A stretch of 30,644 nucleotides of DNA, taken from positions 1 to 30,644 of IMG/VR virus record IMGVR_UViG_3300025723_001334. One strand, given 5' to 3'. The DNA is from a virus (lineage: Duplodnaviria; Caudoviricetes). The stretch's first letter is position 1, and each line of letters opens with the position of its first letter. Both the position numbers and the translations under genes were made by a program. Under the pieces are notes generated by a model. That model had not been told where the DNA came from and searched no databases. It was given only the letters and a program-made list of their open reading frames with translations. This document shows positions 8,050-17,029 of this stretch, piece by piece.

Positions 8050-9588
8050 ATGATTCAAGATAATCTCACCGCTAAACAATCTGACTATGCCTTATTCTTG
8101 CCAGCATTGTCAGGTTTTTATTCTGGATATATAGGTAGGCAACGCGGCGGGGCCAATATAATTGACTCGGCACGCATGCCAGCTGGAATACAAGATATGG
8201 AAATGCTTAATTGGCTTAATGCACAAAAAGGATTATTTCCATATAAATGGAGTCTGTACTCTGCAGGTCATGCAAATTTAGATTTAAATAAGCAAGACTG
8301 GGGAGAAGATATGGTTCGTAATCGAGATCGCGCTAATACATTTTTATTAGGCGACTCTGGTGGATTCCAAATTGGTAAAGGTAAGTGGGAAGGAGATTGG
8401 AAAAATCCTAATTGTCCCAAAGCACAAAAGAAACGTGAAGCTGTTCTTAAGTGGATGGATGGGATTATGGATTATGGAATGTGTTTAGATATTCCAGCTT
8501 GGGTCTCACGTAGTCCTGCAGGACAGAAAGCTACTGGTATAACTAACTACGATGAAGCTGTACAAGGAACTTATATTAATAATGAATATTTTATTAATAA
8601 TCGTACAGGTGCATGTAAATTTTTAAATGTATTACAGGGCGAAACACATGCCGATGCAGATGATTGGTATGATCGTATGAAAAAATATTGCGATCCAAAG
8701 CAATATCCCGGACGTCATTTTAATGGCTGGGCAATGGGCGGTCAGAATATGTGTGACGTACATTTAGTACTTCGTAGATTGGTGGCATTACGTTTCGATG
8801 GATTGTTGGAAGAAGGTCAGCAAGATTGGATGCACTTCTTAGGTACAAGTAAATTAGAATGGGCATTGTTATTAACTGACATTCAACGGGCTGTACGTAA
8901 ATATCATAATCCTAATTTTACAATTTCATTTGATTGTGCAAGCCCATTCCTGGCTACAGCTAATGGACAAGTATATCATCATATTGATATCGAAGATCGT
9001 AAAAAATGGTGCTATCGTATGAGTTTTATTGCTGATAATAAAAAGTATGCTTCAGACACACGTAGTTATCGCGATGCAGTTTTACAAGACAAATTAATTG
9101 ATCATTTTGATGAAAGTCCTATTAGTAAAAATTTATTAATCAAAGATATTTGCCATTATGCGCCAGGTATGTTAAACAAAATTGGACGAGAAGGCAAAAC
9201 AAGTTGGGATTCATTTAGCTATGCATTATTAATGGGTCATAACGTGTGGACACATATTTCTAGTGTGCAAGAAGCCAACAGACAATATGATGCTGGACTA
9301 TGTCCTACTATGTTAGTAGATGAACGTTTTAACACTGTATATTTTAAACATGTCGTAGAAGCTATATTTGCCACTAGTGTTAGATCCGAAGCTGAAGCGA
9401 TTATTGCAGACTATGATAAATTTTGGCAAAGTATTATTGGCACTCGCGGAGCGATTGGCAAGAAAACAGTTAATGCAAAAGCCATGTACAATACATTGTT
9501 TGATGAATCAGACGAAGATGTTGTTGACGTTGATGTCGAGACTGAGTTAGATGAATCTAAACTTGAGGAATTGGAAAACAATACATGA
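8050..9588 (+). CDS. TGT/DpdA-family guanine transglycosylase (7-deazaguanine insertion)
   Basis: TGT barrel motifs in order: LLGDSGGFQ, MCLDIP, LNVLQG, GWAMGG, MHFLGT, ISFDCASP, HNVW. Lacks the CxCxxC Zn site of bacterial tRNA TGT. Acidic C-terminal tail. Confidence 0.85.
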   Translation: MIQDNLTAKQSDYALFLPALSGFYSGYIGRQRGGANIIDSARMPAGIQDMEMLNWLNAQKGLFPYKWSLYSAGHANLDLNKQDWGEDMVRNRDRANTFLLGDSGGFQIGKGKWEGDWKNPNCPKAQKKREAVLKWMDGIMDYGMCLDIPAWVSRSPAGQKATGITNYDEAVQGTYINNEYFINNRTGACKFLNVLQGETHADADDWYDRMKKYCDPKQYPGRHFNGWAMGGQNMCDVHLVLRRLVALRFDGLLEEGQQDWMHFLGTSKLEWALLLTDIQRAVRKYHNPNFTISFDCASPFLATANGQVYHHIDIEDRKKWCYRMSFIADNKKYASDTRSYRDAVLQDKLIDHFDESPISKNLLIKDICHYAPGMLNKIGREGKTSWDSFSYALLMGHNVWTHISSVQEANRQYDAGLCPTMLVDERFNTVYFKHVVEAIFATSVRSEAEAIIADYDKFWQSIIGTRGAIGKKTVNAKAMYNTLFDESDEDVVDVDVETELDESKLEELENNT

Positions 9589-10493
9589 CAAGTCTTGTTG
9601 TAGGCATGGGAATCGGGCAGTTATACAAATCAGTACTAACTGAATTAGGGCATGATGTAGTTACATTAGATACTGACATTAGTAAAGGTGCTGACTATAC
9701 TGATATTAAAAAAGCATTAGACGACTATAAACATTTTACCACTGTAAACATCTGCACTCCTAATTTTACTCATTTATCGATAGCCAGAACAGTGGCTAAA
9801 CATGCAGATATAGTGTTTATTGAAAAACCTGGGTTGGAAACATCCAAGCAATGGCAGCATTTGTGCGAGAAGTTTCCCGAAACTCGGTTTATGATGGTTA
9901 AGAATAATCAATATCGTGATAACATTGATATATTAACACAGCTAGCCAGTCGAGCATCAATAATCAATTTATCCTGGGTAAATAACGATCGCGTGCCTTA
10001 TCCTGGAACTTGGTTCACTACCAATGACTTGGCATACGGCGGAGTTAGTAGAGATTTACTGCCACATTTATTAAGTATGTTTCAAACACTGTCGGGATTT
10101 AGTCATGCAGAAGCTAAAGTAATACATAAACAATGTACTCAACTATGGGAATTGAAAGACCTCACTTCAACTGATTATGGGTTGGTAAAGGTCAACGGCA
10201 TATATAATGTTGATGATAGTGTAGAAATAAATTTTAAAGATTCAAAAGGACGTACTTGGTTTCTCGAAGCCAACTGGCGTTGTTTATGCGAAGATGATCG
10301 TAGTATTTTAATGATATTTCCTGACGGTACCCGCTATCGGTATGAGTTAGGATTATGCCCTGAAGATGCATATAAACGCATGATTAAAACAGCGATTGAA
10401 ATGAGTGACGTTGATGCGTATTGGCATCATCAATATCAATTAGACATGTGGATACATGAGATAATTGAAGATATGGAAATAGATAAAATATGA
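9585..10493 (+). CDS. Gfo/Idh/MocA-family NAD(P) oxidoreductase
   Basis: VVGMGIG Rossmann motif, ICTPNFTH, FIEKPG, GGVSRDLLPH. ATGA-coupled to the transglycosylase gene. Confidence 0.85.
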   Translation: MTSLVVGMGIGQLYKSVLTELGHDVVTLDTDISKGADYTDIKKALDDYKHFTTVNICTPNFTHLSIARTVAKHADIVFIEKPGLETSKQWQHLCEKFPETRFMMVKNNQYRDNIDILTQLASRASIINLSWVNNDRVPYPGTWFTTNDLAYGGVSRDLLPHLLSMFQTLSGFSHAEAKVIHKQCTQLWELKDLTSTDYGLVKVNGIYNVDDSVEINFKDSKGRTWFLEANWRCLCEDDRSILMIFPDGTRYRYELGLCPEDAYKRMIKTAIEMSDVDAYWHHQYQLDMWIHEIIEDMEIDKI

Positions 10494-11386
10494 GAACAAG
10501 AATTTTATATACAGATGGTAAAGGTTCATTTGTTGAAACAGGATGGAATAAACCTGATCCTACCGCAGATGAAATTGAAGTCAAAGCTGTTATGACCGGC
10601 GTATGCCGTAGTGACATCGATATGATGACCGGGAAGTTTGGTCCATTGCCTATTGAAATGAGTGGGCACGAAGGTATAGGACAAGTAACAAAAGTAGGTG
10701 CTAACGTATTGGGTGTAGCCCCTGGAGATTATGTGGCTACTCGAGGTGAACCTGCATATTCAGATTATTATAATGTTCGAAAAAATGAATATGTCAAAGT
10801 ACCAGAAGCTCACCCTCGTTATATTATGGAACCAGTTGCATGTGGATATAATATTATAATGCAAGAATATGATGCAATTAAGAAGCAGTCAGGGGAAGGC
10901 AAGCGTTTATTAATATTAGGCAGTGGGTTTTTAGCATGGGTTGCATATAATGCACTGTTAATAGAAAAATTAAAATTTAATATCGATGTAGTTGGTAGTA
11001 ATAACCAAGCAGTATGGGGAGATTGCTTAAAAAATAAACCTTCTGGACAGTACGATGTTGTAATAAATTTAAATAGCATGACGGATGTATTTGACGGCGA
11101 TGTGCTGCAAGATAATGCATTGGTAATTATGGGGTCACAAACAAAAGTTACCACTGACTTTAGCCAGTTACTTTGGAAAGCCTGTACTATGATATTCCCC
11201 AGTCCACGCAATCCAAACTTTCATTTGGTTATGGCACGTGCAGAGTTTTGGCTCAGCAAAGGCGCCATAAACGTTGATCACTTCTGGACTAAAGCATATA
11301 ATAGAGATACTGAATGGCAACAAGCGTTTGCGGACGGCGTTAATCGTCCGAGTGGTTACAGCAGAGGTTATATTAAATGGGACTAA
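10490..11386 (+). CDS. Zn-dependent medium-chain dehydrogenase
   Basis: GVCRSD, GHEGIGQV..VG, GDYV, EPVAC, ILGSGFLA. The structural Zn four-Cys lobe is absent. Confidence 0.85.
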   Translation: MRTRILYTDGKGSFVETGWNKPDPTADEIEVKAVMTGVCRSDIDMMTGKFGPLPIEMSGHEGIGQVTKVGANVLGVAPGDYVATRGEPAYSDYYNVRKNEYVKVPEAHPRYIMEPVACGYNIIMQEYDAIKKQSGEGKRLLILGSGFLAWVAYNALLIEKLKFNIDVVGSNNQAVWGDCLKNKPSGQYDVVINLNSMTDVFDGDVLQDNALVIMGSQTKVTTDFSQLLWKACTMIFPSPRNPNFHLVMARAEFWLSKGAINVDHFWTKAYNRDTEWQQAFADGVNRPSGYSRGYIKWD

Positions 11387-11901
11387 ACACTGAAGAAAGA
11401 CAAAAAGTCGTTTACTTTACAGGATATGAAGTTGAACATACCATTTGTTATGGTATGAAAACTTTGTTTGTTGTAGGTACTCCCCCACTAGCAGATATTC
11501 TACATCATGCCACACTCAATGATGATAAAATAACACATATTTACTTTGGCACAAGTCAAAGTTTTAATCCCACAGGTAATACTCATGCTGAATATCATAA
11601 GTGGGATCAAATTATTAACGGGTGTTTAGCAAACAACTACTGGGTTACACTAGACTTTGATATCAAACACATCGAAGGTGTACTACAATCAGGATGGTGT
11701 GTAAGTAAGAGATTCGTGCCTATGATTAGTTGTAAACTGCCATACATTAAACAACTGAATTATAATGCCACACTTAAACTAGATGATATCACTTGGGGGA
11801 AAACTAATCCCGGAGTATGGACACATCAGTTACATGACTTAATGAGTAAAGACAAATATACTCATTGGGATCAATATACACAAGACAAGGCAATAACATA
11901 A
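11377..11901 (+). CDS. Hypothetical protein within the deazaguanine operon
   Basis: 174-aa ORF overlapping both neighbours; no recognised motif. Confidence 0.75.
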   Translation: MGLNTEERQKVVYFTGYEVEHTICYGMKTLFVVGTPPLADILHHATLNDDKITHIYFGTSQSFNPTGNTHAEYHKWDQIINGCLANNYWVTLDFDIKHIEGVLQSGWCVSKRFVPMISCKLPYIKQLNYNATLKLDDITWGKTNPGVWTHQLHDLMSKDKYTHWDQYTQDKAIT

Positions 11902-12362
11902 TGGATCAACAACTACAACAAGCATTGGCAGAAAAAGCATTAAGAATAATGCATGAAGCAAACAGACAAATTTGGGTTACCTTTCGTAAAGAAGGCATAC
12001 ACAAATATCCCGCAGCCTTGACAGACCCTGCATTAGTTACTGGGGATGAATATGATGTATCATTTCTTGGCTACCCTCATCGACATATTTTTCATTTTCG
12101 TATCGCTATCGATGTGTTCCACAACGACCGAGACATCGAGTTTATCCAATTCAAACGTTGGCTCGAGGGATTGTATAGCGGAGAATCCACTGTTTTATCA
12201 TTAGACTACAAGTCATGTGAGATGATCGCAGATGACTTGTATATCCAAATTGCTGCGCGATATCCCAATCGTGCTGTAACAATTGAAGTAGCCGAAGACG
12301 GCGAGAACGGCTGCTCAATTACATATAACCTTTCTCGCCCTTCACAAACAATAGTAATTTAA
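11901..12362 (+). CDS. QueD-paralogue T-fold protein with LxxxHRHxF motif (DpdL-like, predicted CDG decarboxylase)
   Basis: EGIHKYP, FLGYPHRHIFHF, RDIEF, SCEMIA, VAEDGENG. Start at ATG 11901 (TAATG overlap). The DpdL assignment rests on my recollection of the family motif. Confidence 0.65.
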   Translation: MDQQLQQALAEKALRIMHEANRQIWVTFRKEGIHKYPAALTDPALVTGDEYDVSFLGYPHRHIFHFRIAIDVFHNDRDIEFIQFKRWLEGLYSGESTVLSLDYKSCEMIADDLYIQIAARYPNRAVTIEVAEDGENGCSITYNLSRPSQTIVI

Positions 12363-12373
12363 AGGAAATAAAA

Positions 12374-12595
12374 ATGGCAAAGTTGTCTTTCAAACATAAC
12401 GAGCGTGCAACACAAACTCTTGATGATCTTGAAAAGTTCTTAGAGTTTTGTAAAGAATATGGGTATCGTTATAATGAAAACGATCTTTACAATTTCAAAG
12501 CGTATGCGTGGCAACAATATAACAAATTTGTTCAAGGCAAAAATGCTAAGAACATGTGGACTGAAGATGCTCGCAGGTTTGGTAAAGTAAATTGA
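12374..12595 (+). CDS. Hypothetical protein
   Basis: AAGGA RBS; 73 aa; coupled to the next gene. Confidence 0.75.
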   Translation: MAKLSFKHNERATQTLDDLEKFLEFCKEYGYRYNENDLYNFKAYAWQQYNKFVQGKNAKNMWTEDARRFGKVN

Positions 12596-13683
12596 CTGTA
12601 TTTTTAGTCGACTTGGAAGCGGTATCAACCCGATATACAGTACAGTGGAAGACTCATCTTCCACTGTTACTTGAACAGGAGGGACATAATGTCCATGTTA
12701 TTAACGGACCTACTGATATCCCTAATGCTACAACTCCTGGTGCTTTTCTTAATTTTGGGGGCACCAATATCTACAAAGCTGCACAAGTTGAAGCTATGGG
12801 TAGACTCTTCACCAAGGGTGAAGTCAAGCCTGGTGATCATTTTATCTTTACAGACGCTTGGCATCCTGGTATTATTAACCTTAGATACATGAGTGAACTA
12901 CTGAATATTCCAGTAGTTACACATGGCCTGTGGCATGCCGGCAGCTATGATCCACAAGATTTTTTAGGACGTCTTGTTGGAAACAAACCCTGGGTACGTT
13001 ATGCAGAAAAATCATTCTTTGCAGCATTTGACCATAACTATTTTGCTACCACTTTTCATATTAACATGTTCCATCGCAATTTGTTAAATGATGGAATGAT
13101 TGAAAATCCTTGGGAAGAGGAGGACAAAACAGCTATGTTAAAATCTGGCAAATATGTACGTTCAGGATGGCCTATGGAGTATATGCAAGATACATTGTTA
13201 CCATATAAAAATATGACCAAACGTGATCTCATACTGTTTCCACATCGTATAGCGCCCGAGAAGCAAGTTGAGATTTTTCGAGACTTAGCTACACACTTAC
13301 CACAGTATGAGTTTGTAGTGTGTCAGGATCAGGAATTAACTAAACACGAGTATCATACTCTGTTAGGCGAAGCAAAGATGGTGTTCAGTGCCAACCTACA
13401 GGAAACATTGGGAATTAGCTGTTATGAAGGTGCAATAGTCAATGCTATTCCAATGGTACCCGATAGGCTCAGTTATAGTGAAATGTATTCTGATGATTTT
13501 AAATATGATTCTCAATTTACCGAAACCTATACAATGTATGAACGCAATCGACCTTATTTGGCAAAAAAAATTATGTGGTACATGAGTAACTATGATTCAC
13601 TGTTACCCTTGTTACAACAGCAAACAATTGAATTAACTGAAAAATTCTTTTCTGCGACTAATTTATTGACTAACCTAAAATAA
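12592..13683 (+). CDS. GT-B glycosyltransferase (GT4-like)
   Basis: ILFPHRIAPEK, FSANLQETLGISCYEG, PMVPDRLSYSEMY. TTG start overlaps the upstream stop. Confidence 0.8.
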   Translation: MTVFLVDLEAVSTRYTVQWKTHLPLLLEQEGHNVHVINGPTDIPNATTPGAFLNFGGTNIYKAAQVEAMGRLFTKGEVKPGDHFIFTDAWHPGIINLRYMSELLNIPVVTHGLWHAGSYDPQDFLGRLVGNKPWVRYAEKSFFAAFDHNYFATTFHINMFHRNLLNDGMIENPWEEEDKTAMLKSGKYVRSGWPMEYMQDTLLPYKNMTKRDLILFPHRIAPEKQVEIFRDLATHLPQYEFVVCQDQELTKHEYHTLLGEAKMVFSANLQETLGISCYEGAIVNAIPMVPDRLSYSEMYSDDFKYDSQFTETYTMYERNRPYLAKKIMWYMSNYDSLLPLLQQQTIELTEKFFSATNLLTNLK

Positions 13684-13692
13684 CCATAATTC

Positions 13693-13721
13693 TTGATCGG
13701 CGCCTAAATAGCTTATATAAT
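13693..13721 (+). promoter_or_regulatory. Sigma70-type promoter with nested TAAATA late-type motif
   Basis: TTGATC 13693-98, 17 nt, TATAAT 13716-21. CTAAATA at 13704-10. Confidence 0.65.
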
Positions 13722-13740
13722 ATTAAAATAAGGAAACTAT

Positions 13741-14139
13741 ATGACATTTTTAAATGAATTATTTGATAGGTTATCTTCCACTAGTGAAGAATATGATCAA
13801 TTATACGAGTCTGACAATTTATATATTGTATGGGCTAAGAAACGAGATGACGAAAAGTTAGATGACTTTGTCAATGATATAGACCCTGGATATTATTTTT
13901 GGAGTGCAAAACTTGTTGGCGAAGCTAAAAGCAAATCTAAAATTAAAACTGATTCAGTGGATGGTCCGTTACAGGGTCATATTTTTAGTGTCAACAAAAA
14001 TCAAACAGATATGTTTGAAAAGATAGCACTTATGCCTTCTATGAAGCATAATTATAGATTTGACAAATTTGATATTAATAATCTCAAAGAAAAAGAAAAA
14101 GAAGAGCTAGTAGAAACACTTAAACAGGATGATGAATAA
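13741..14139 (+). CDS. Hypothetical acidic protein
   Basis: AAGGA RBS; 132 aa; coupled to folE. Confidence 0.7.
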   Translation: MTFLNELFDRLSSTSEEYDQLYESDNLYIVWAKKRDDEKLDDFVNDIDPGYYFWSAKLVGEAKSKSKIKTDSVDGPLQGHIFSVNKNQTDMFEKIALMPSMKHNYRFDKFDINNLKEKEKEELVETLKQDDE

Positions 14140-14882
14140 TGCATGATGATTTTTATATTAGAAAAGATTATGACGAAGAAGGCAATTCAATTAATTATTC
14201 ATCAGTATCGGAATCTATTCGTGCTGCATTAAAACGTGATAACAAACGTTTTTGGGCAGGAGATAATATTAGCGACTATTTGCGTAGGGGTGACAAAGAA
14301 CATTTGATTAATGAAGCATCAGCAGCATTTGAACAAGTACTTGACGCTTTGTTGATAGATCGTGAAACTGATCCAAATAGTAAAGAAACAGCAAAACGTC
14401 TTGCCAAAATGTATTACAACGAAATTATGGCAGGGCGTTATGATCCTGCTCCAGATTGTACAGCATTTCCTAATGATTCGGAGGATAGATATGAAGGTAT
14501 GTTGGTTGTGCGTAGTGAGTTACGTAGTATGTGCAGTCATCACCACCAGCCCGTCAACGGGGTTGCTTACATTGGAATCATTGCCGCAACTAAACTTATT
14601 GGATTGTCTAAATACACTAGGATTGCTCAGTGGTGTGCTCGCCGTGGTACTTTGCAGGAAGAACTCTGCAACGATATTGCAAAAGAAATAATGAACGCAA
14701 CTGGCAGTAAGGATGTAGGCGTTTACATAAGAATGACGCACGGTTGCTGTGAGAACAGGGGCATAATGGCACACGATAGTTCAACAACTACTACCGTGCT
14801 AAGAGGAGCCTTTAATCAAGATCCTGGCACTAAGAAAGAATTTTTTGATACGCTAAGTCTTCAGGAATCCAACAAGCGGTAA
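14139..14882 (+). CDS. folE: GTP cyclohydrolase I (type IA)
   Basis: ETAKRLAKMY, SMCSHHHQP, IGLSKYTR, RRGTLQEEL, HGCCENRG, KKEFF. Confidence 0.95.
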   Translation: MHDDFYIRKDYDEEGNSINYSSVSESIRAALKRDNKRFWAGDNISDYLRRGDKEHLINEASAAFEQVLDALLIDRETDPNSKETAKRLAKMYYNEIMAGRYDPAPDCTAFPNDSEDRYEGMLVVRSELRSMCSHHHQPVNGVAYIGIIAATKLIGLSKYTRIAQWCARRGTLQEELCNDIAKEIMNATGSKDVGVYIRMTHGCCENRGIMAHDSSTTTTVLRGAFNQDPGTKKEFFDTLSLQESNKR

Positions 14883-15463
14883 TCATATCTTTTTTTAAGT
14901 AGATACGGTGTAGTGTTAAAATGTCGTGATGCAGCACCTATAGTAGGAAAGGTTATTCCCTCAACTACTATAGGTCGAACATTAGGATTGTTATTATTAA
15001 AACTCATACGCTCTCGTTGTTCTGGTCTCTTCATCGGATTATCATTAATCATACGCTGGCGAACTTGCTCAATAATCTCTGGAGTAGAAAATATGTTATC
15101 TTTACCAGTTTTATACGATCCTTTTCTTTTACGTGTGTTAACCATTTCTGTATAAGACTCGGGACGATATTCTCGAAAGTTTGGTACCCACGATATATCG
15201 TATTGTTTATTGAATAGTTTGTAGGCATACATCATTCTGTATTTAGAATCTCGTTCTGTCATATTGATTAATAGTCGATGGCAGACACGATGTTCTTTAT
15301 AACTTAAAACAACAAGATTGTGCGGATCGTCAGTACCGCCAAAGCATCGTGGAATAATATGATGGGTTTGGTATCCGTCAAATTTTTGTTTAGTATGATT
15401 ACGCTTTTTAGAACGATCAATAATCTGGTAATAAAGTTTGGTATATTTGTTATCTAAAAACAT
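14861..15463 (-). mobile_element. Free-standing HNH homing endonuclease
   Basis: QTHHIIPRCFGGTDDPHNLVVLSYKEHRVCHRLL plus a NUMOD-like C-terminal region. Only credible minus-strand gene. Has an AAGG RBS and ATAAATA at 15497-15491 (minus strand); 22-nt tail-to-tail overlap with folE. Confidence 0.9.
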
Positions 15464-15543
15464 TGTATTTTACCTTAGTATGTATTATAATATTTATTAA
15501 ACTGGGTGCTGTGATAAAACCCAATATAAAGGATTTAACAAAG

Positions 15544-15591
15544 ATGAACTGGTTAAAGAAACGAATTATTAAGTGGGTCAAAGATGATTGA
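15544..15591 (+). pseudogene. 15-aa remnant ORF (MNWLKKRIIKWVKDD) resembling the N-terminus of the 16299 ORF
   Basis: AAGGA RBS upstream. Compare MKWIKRKLVNWLMSVD at 16299. Confidence 0.4.
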
Positions 15592-15940
15592 TTATATTAA
15601 GGTAGGAGGTCCATGGGTAGAAATTTCAACTACTAGCGGTACCGTACCATACGTTCCAACCAGCACTAACCCCATGCAGGGTGCGATCAGAGTTGTAAAT
15701 GGACAACAAGAAGTTTGGAATGGCACCACTTGGATGGTCATGTATGGTGGAAGTGTAACAATTGCGTTAACTAAACGTGCAGAAGCAATAATGGATTGGG
15801 CCGAAACAAAAATGTTAAAAGAGCAAAAGCTAATAGAACTGGCTAAAACTAATCCTACTGTAGCAGATGCGGTGAATACTGTTAAACATGCAGAAGAACA
15901 ACTTGATATAATATTAGAATTAATAAAGGAAACAGAATGA
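15584..15940 (+). CDS. Hypothetical protein (paralogue of 16598..16951)
   Basis: GAIRVVNGQQEVWNGTTW and NPTVADAVNTVKHAEEQLDIILEL. Confidence 0.75.
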   Translation: MIDYIKVGGPWVEISTTSGTVPYVPTSTNPMQGAIRVVNGQQEVWNGTTWMVMYGGSVTIALTKRAEAIMDWAETKMLKEQKLIELAKTNPTVADAVNTVKHAEEQLDIILELIKETE

Positions 15941-16302
15941 CACCAAAAGTAGAAAATTTTGCCAAATGCGGATGCGGACATACGCAGGACCCAGATGGGT
16001 TATGTGATGGTAGTCATGCGTTTATAGAAGAACATGATGACAGTGATGCTGAAAGTGTGTTTGATGACGATTGGCATGAGGAAGAAAAACCATTGGAAGT
16101 CGTATTTGTACCAGGATGTTTTGATGACTTTGATGGCACACAAGAAGAACTGGATGCATTGATAAAGGAAATTCAAAATATAGTAGCTTCTGGTAAATTA
16201 GATACAGTTGCCGAAGAAATAGACTTCGATACATTGTTAGAAGAAGAACCAGAACTTGCAGCAAAACTATTGGAAGAATCTAACAAAAGGAACCTACAAT
16301 GA
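15937..16302 (+). CDS. CDGSH [2Fe-2S] motif protein with acidic C-terminal domain
   Basis: CGCGHTQDPDGLCDGSH at the N-terminus; highly D/E-rich remainder. Confidence 0.75.
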   Translation: MTPKVENFAKCGCGHTQDPDGLCDGSHAFIEEHDDSDAESVFDDDWHEEEKPLEVVFVPGCFDDFDGTQEELDALIKEIQNIVASGKLDTVAEEIDFDTLLEEEPELAAKLLEESNKRNLQ

Positions 16303-16601
16303 AATGGATTAAGAGAAAATTAGTAAACTGGTTAATGTCTGTTGATAATGAACCCTTCCCATATCGGGGCGAAGGAAGGGCTATAGCTGCTACTGCAAAA
16401 GATCTTGATAATAACAGAATCGATATGGACCGTGCTATTAAGTTTTCAGTATTGCCAGCAGCCGGAGGTTGTGTTGTAGAAGTCAGAATCTGGGATCAAA
16501 AAAATCATGAATGGTGTACTAAAGCGCATATTATTCCAGAGGGTGATGATGTTGCGCATAGTGTAGGACAGATAGTGGCCATGGAATTTCTGCGTCGATG
16601 A
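16299..16601 (+). CDS. Hypothetical protein
   Basis: ATGA-coupled on both sides; AAGGA RBS. Confidence 0.75.
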   Translation: MKWIKRKLVNWLMSVDNEPFPYRGEGRAIAATAKDLDNNRIDMDRAIKFSVLPAAGGCVVEVRIWDQKNHEWCTKAHIIPEGDDVAHSVGQIVAMEFLRR

Positions 16602-16951
16602 GTACATGGCTTGGCCCCAACCCAACTATAACCCTAACTTCCGGCGGCAGTGGATATTGCAATGCTACTGTAATCGGTACACCTGGTATCAGTGTAGGTG
16701 CCGCATTTGGTGAAATAAAATACAACGAACAATTCAAATGCTTTGAACTATATGATGGGTCTAGATGGCATCCAATATCTGCCTTACCTACTACTGTTAA
16801 GAATTATATTGAACAAATTAAAATTGCCGTTATTGATCATATCAATAAAGAACATACGGATAATATAACCATAACTGATGCACTGGATACCTGGAGTAAG
16901 GCCTGTGACCAATTACAAGTTATTATTGCTCTAGCAGGCAAAAATAAATAA
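16598..16951 (+). CDS. Hypothetical protein (paralogue of 15584..15940)
   Basis: GEIKYNEQFKCFELYDGSRW and NITITDALDTWSKACDQLQVIIAL. Confidence 0.75.
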   Translation: MSTWLGPNPTITLTSGGSGYCNATVIGTPGISVGAAFGEIKYNEQFKCFELYDGSRWHPISALPTTVKNYIEQIKIAVIDHINKEHTDNITITDALDTWSKACDQLQVIIALAGKNK

Positions 16952-16958
16952 TGCACCA

Positions 16959-17024
16959 AGCGGTCTTTTGGCATCATTCCCGCTATAGAAATTCTGCTGC
17001 CTATGCTATAATCAACATAGGAGA
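16959..17024 (+). promoter_or_regulatory. Candidate riboswitch-like leader of queD (preQ1-I-like H-type pseudoknot plus anti-SD hairpin)
   Basis: P1 AGCGG 16959-63/CCGCT 16980-84; A-rich tail ATAGAAA; loop GGCA 16970-73 pairs with TGCC 16998-17001; CCTATG 17000-05 pairs with CATAGG 17016-21, covering part of the AGGAG RBS. Confidence 0.5.
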
Positions 17025-17029
17025 AACTA

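Noticed and set aside
8050-9588. Canonical bacterial tRNA-guanine transglycosylase (tgt)
   Set aside because: Longer than usual, lacks the CxCxxC Zn site, and sits in a replication operon. DpdA-like is preferred, although a tRNA substrate is not excluded.
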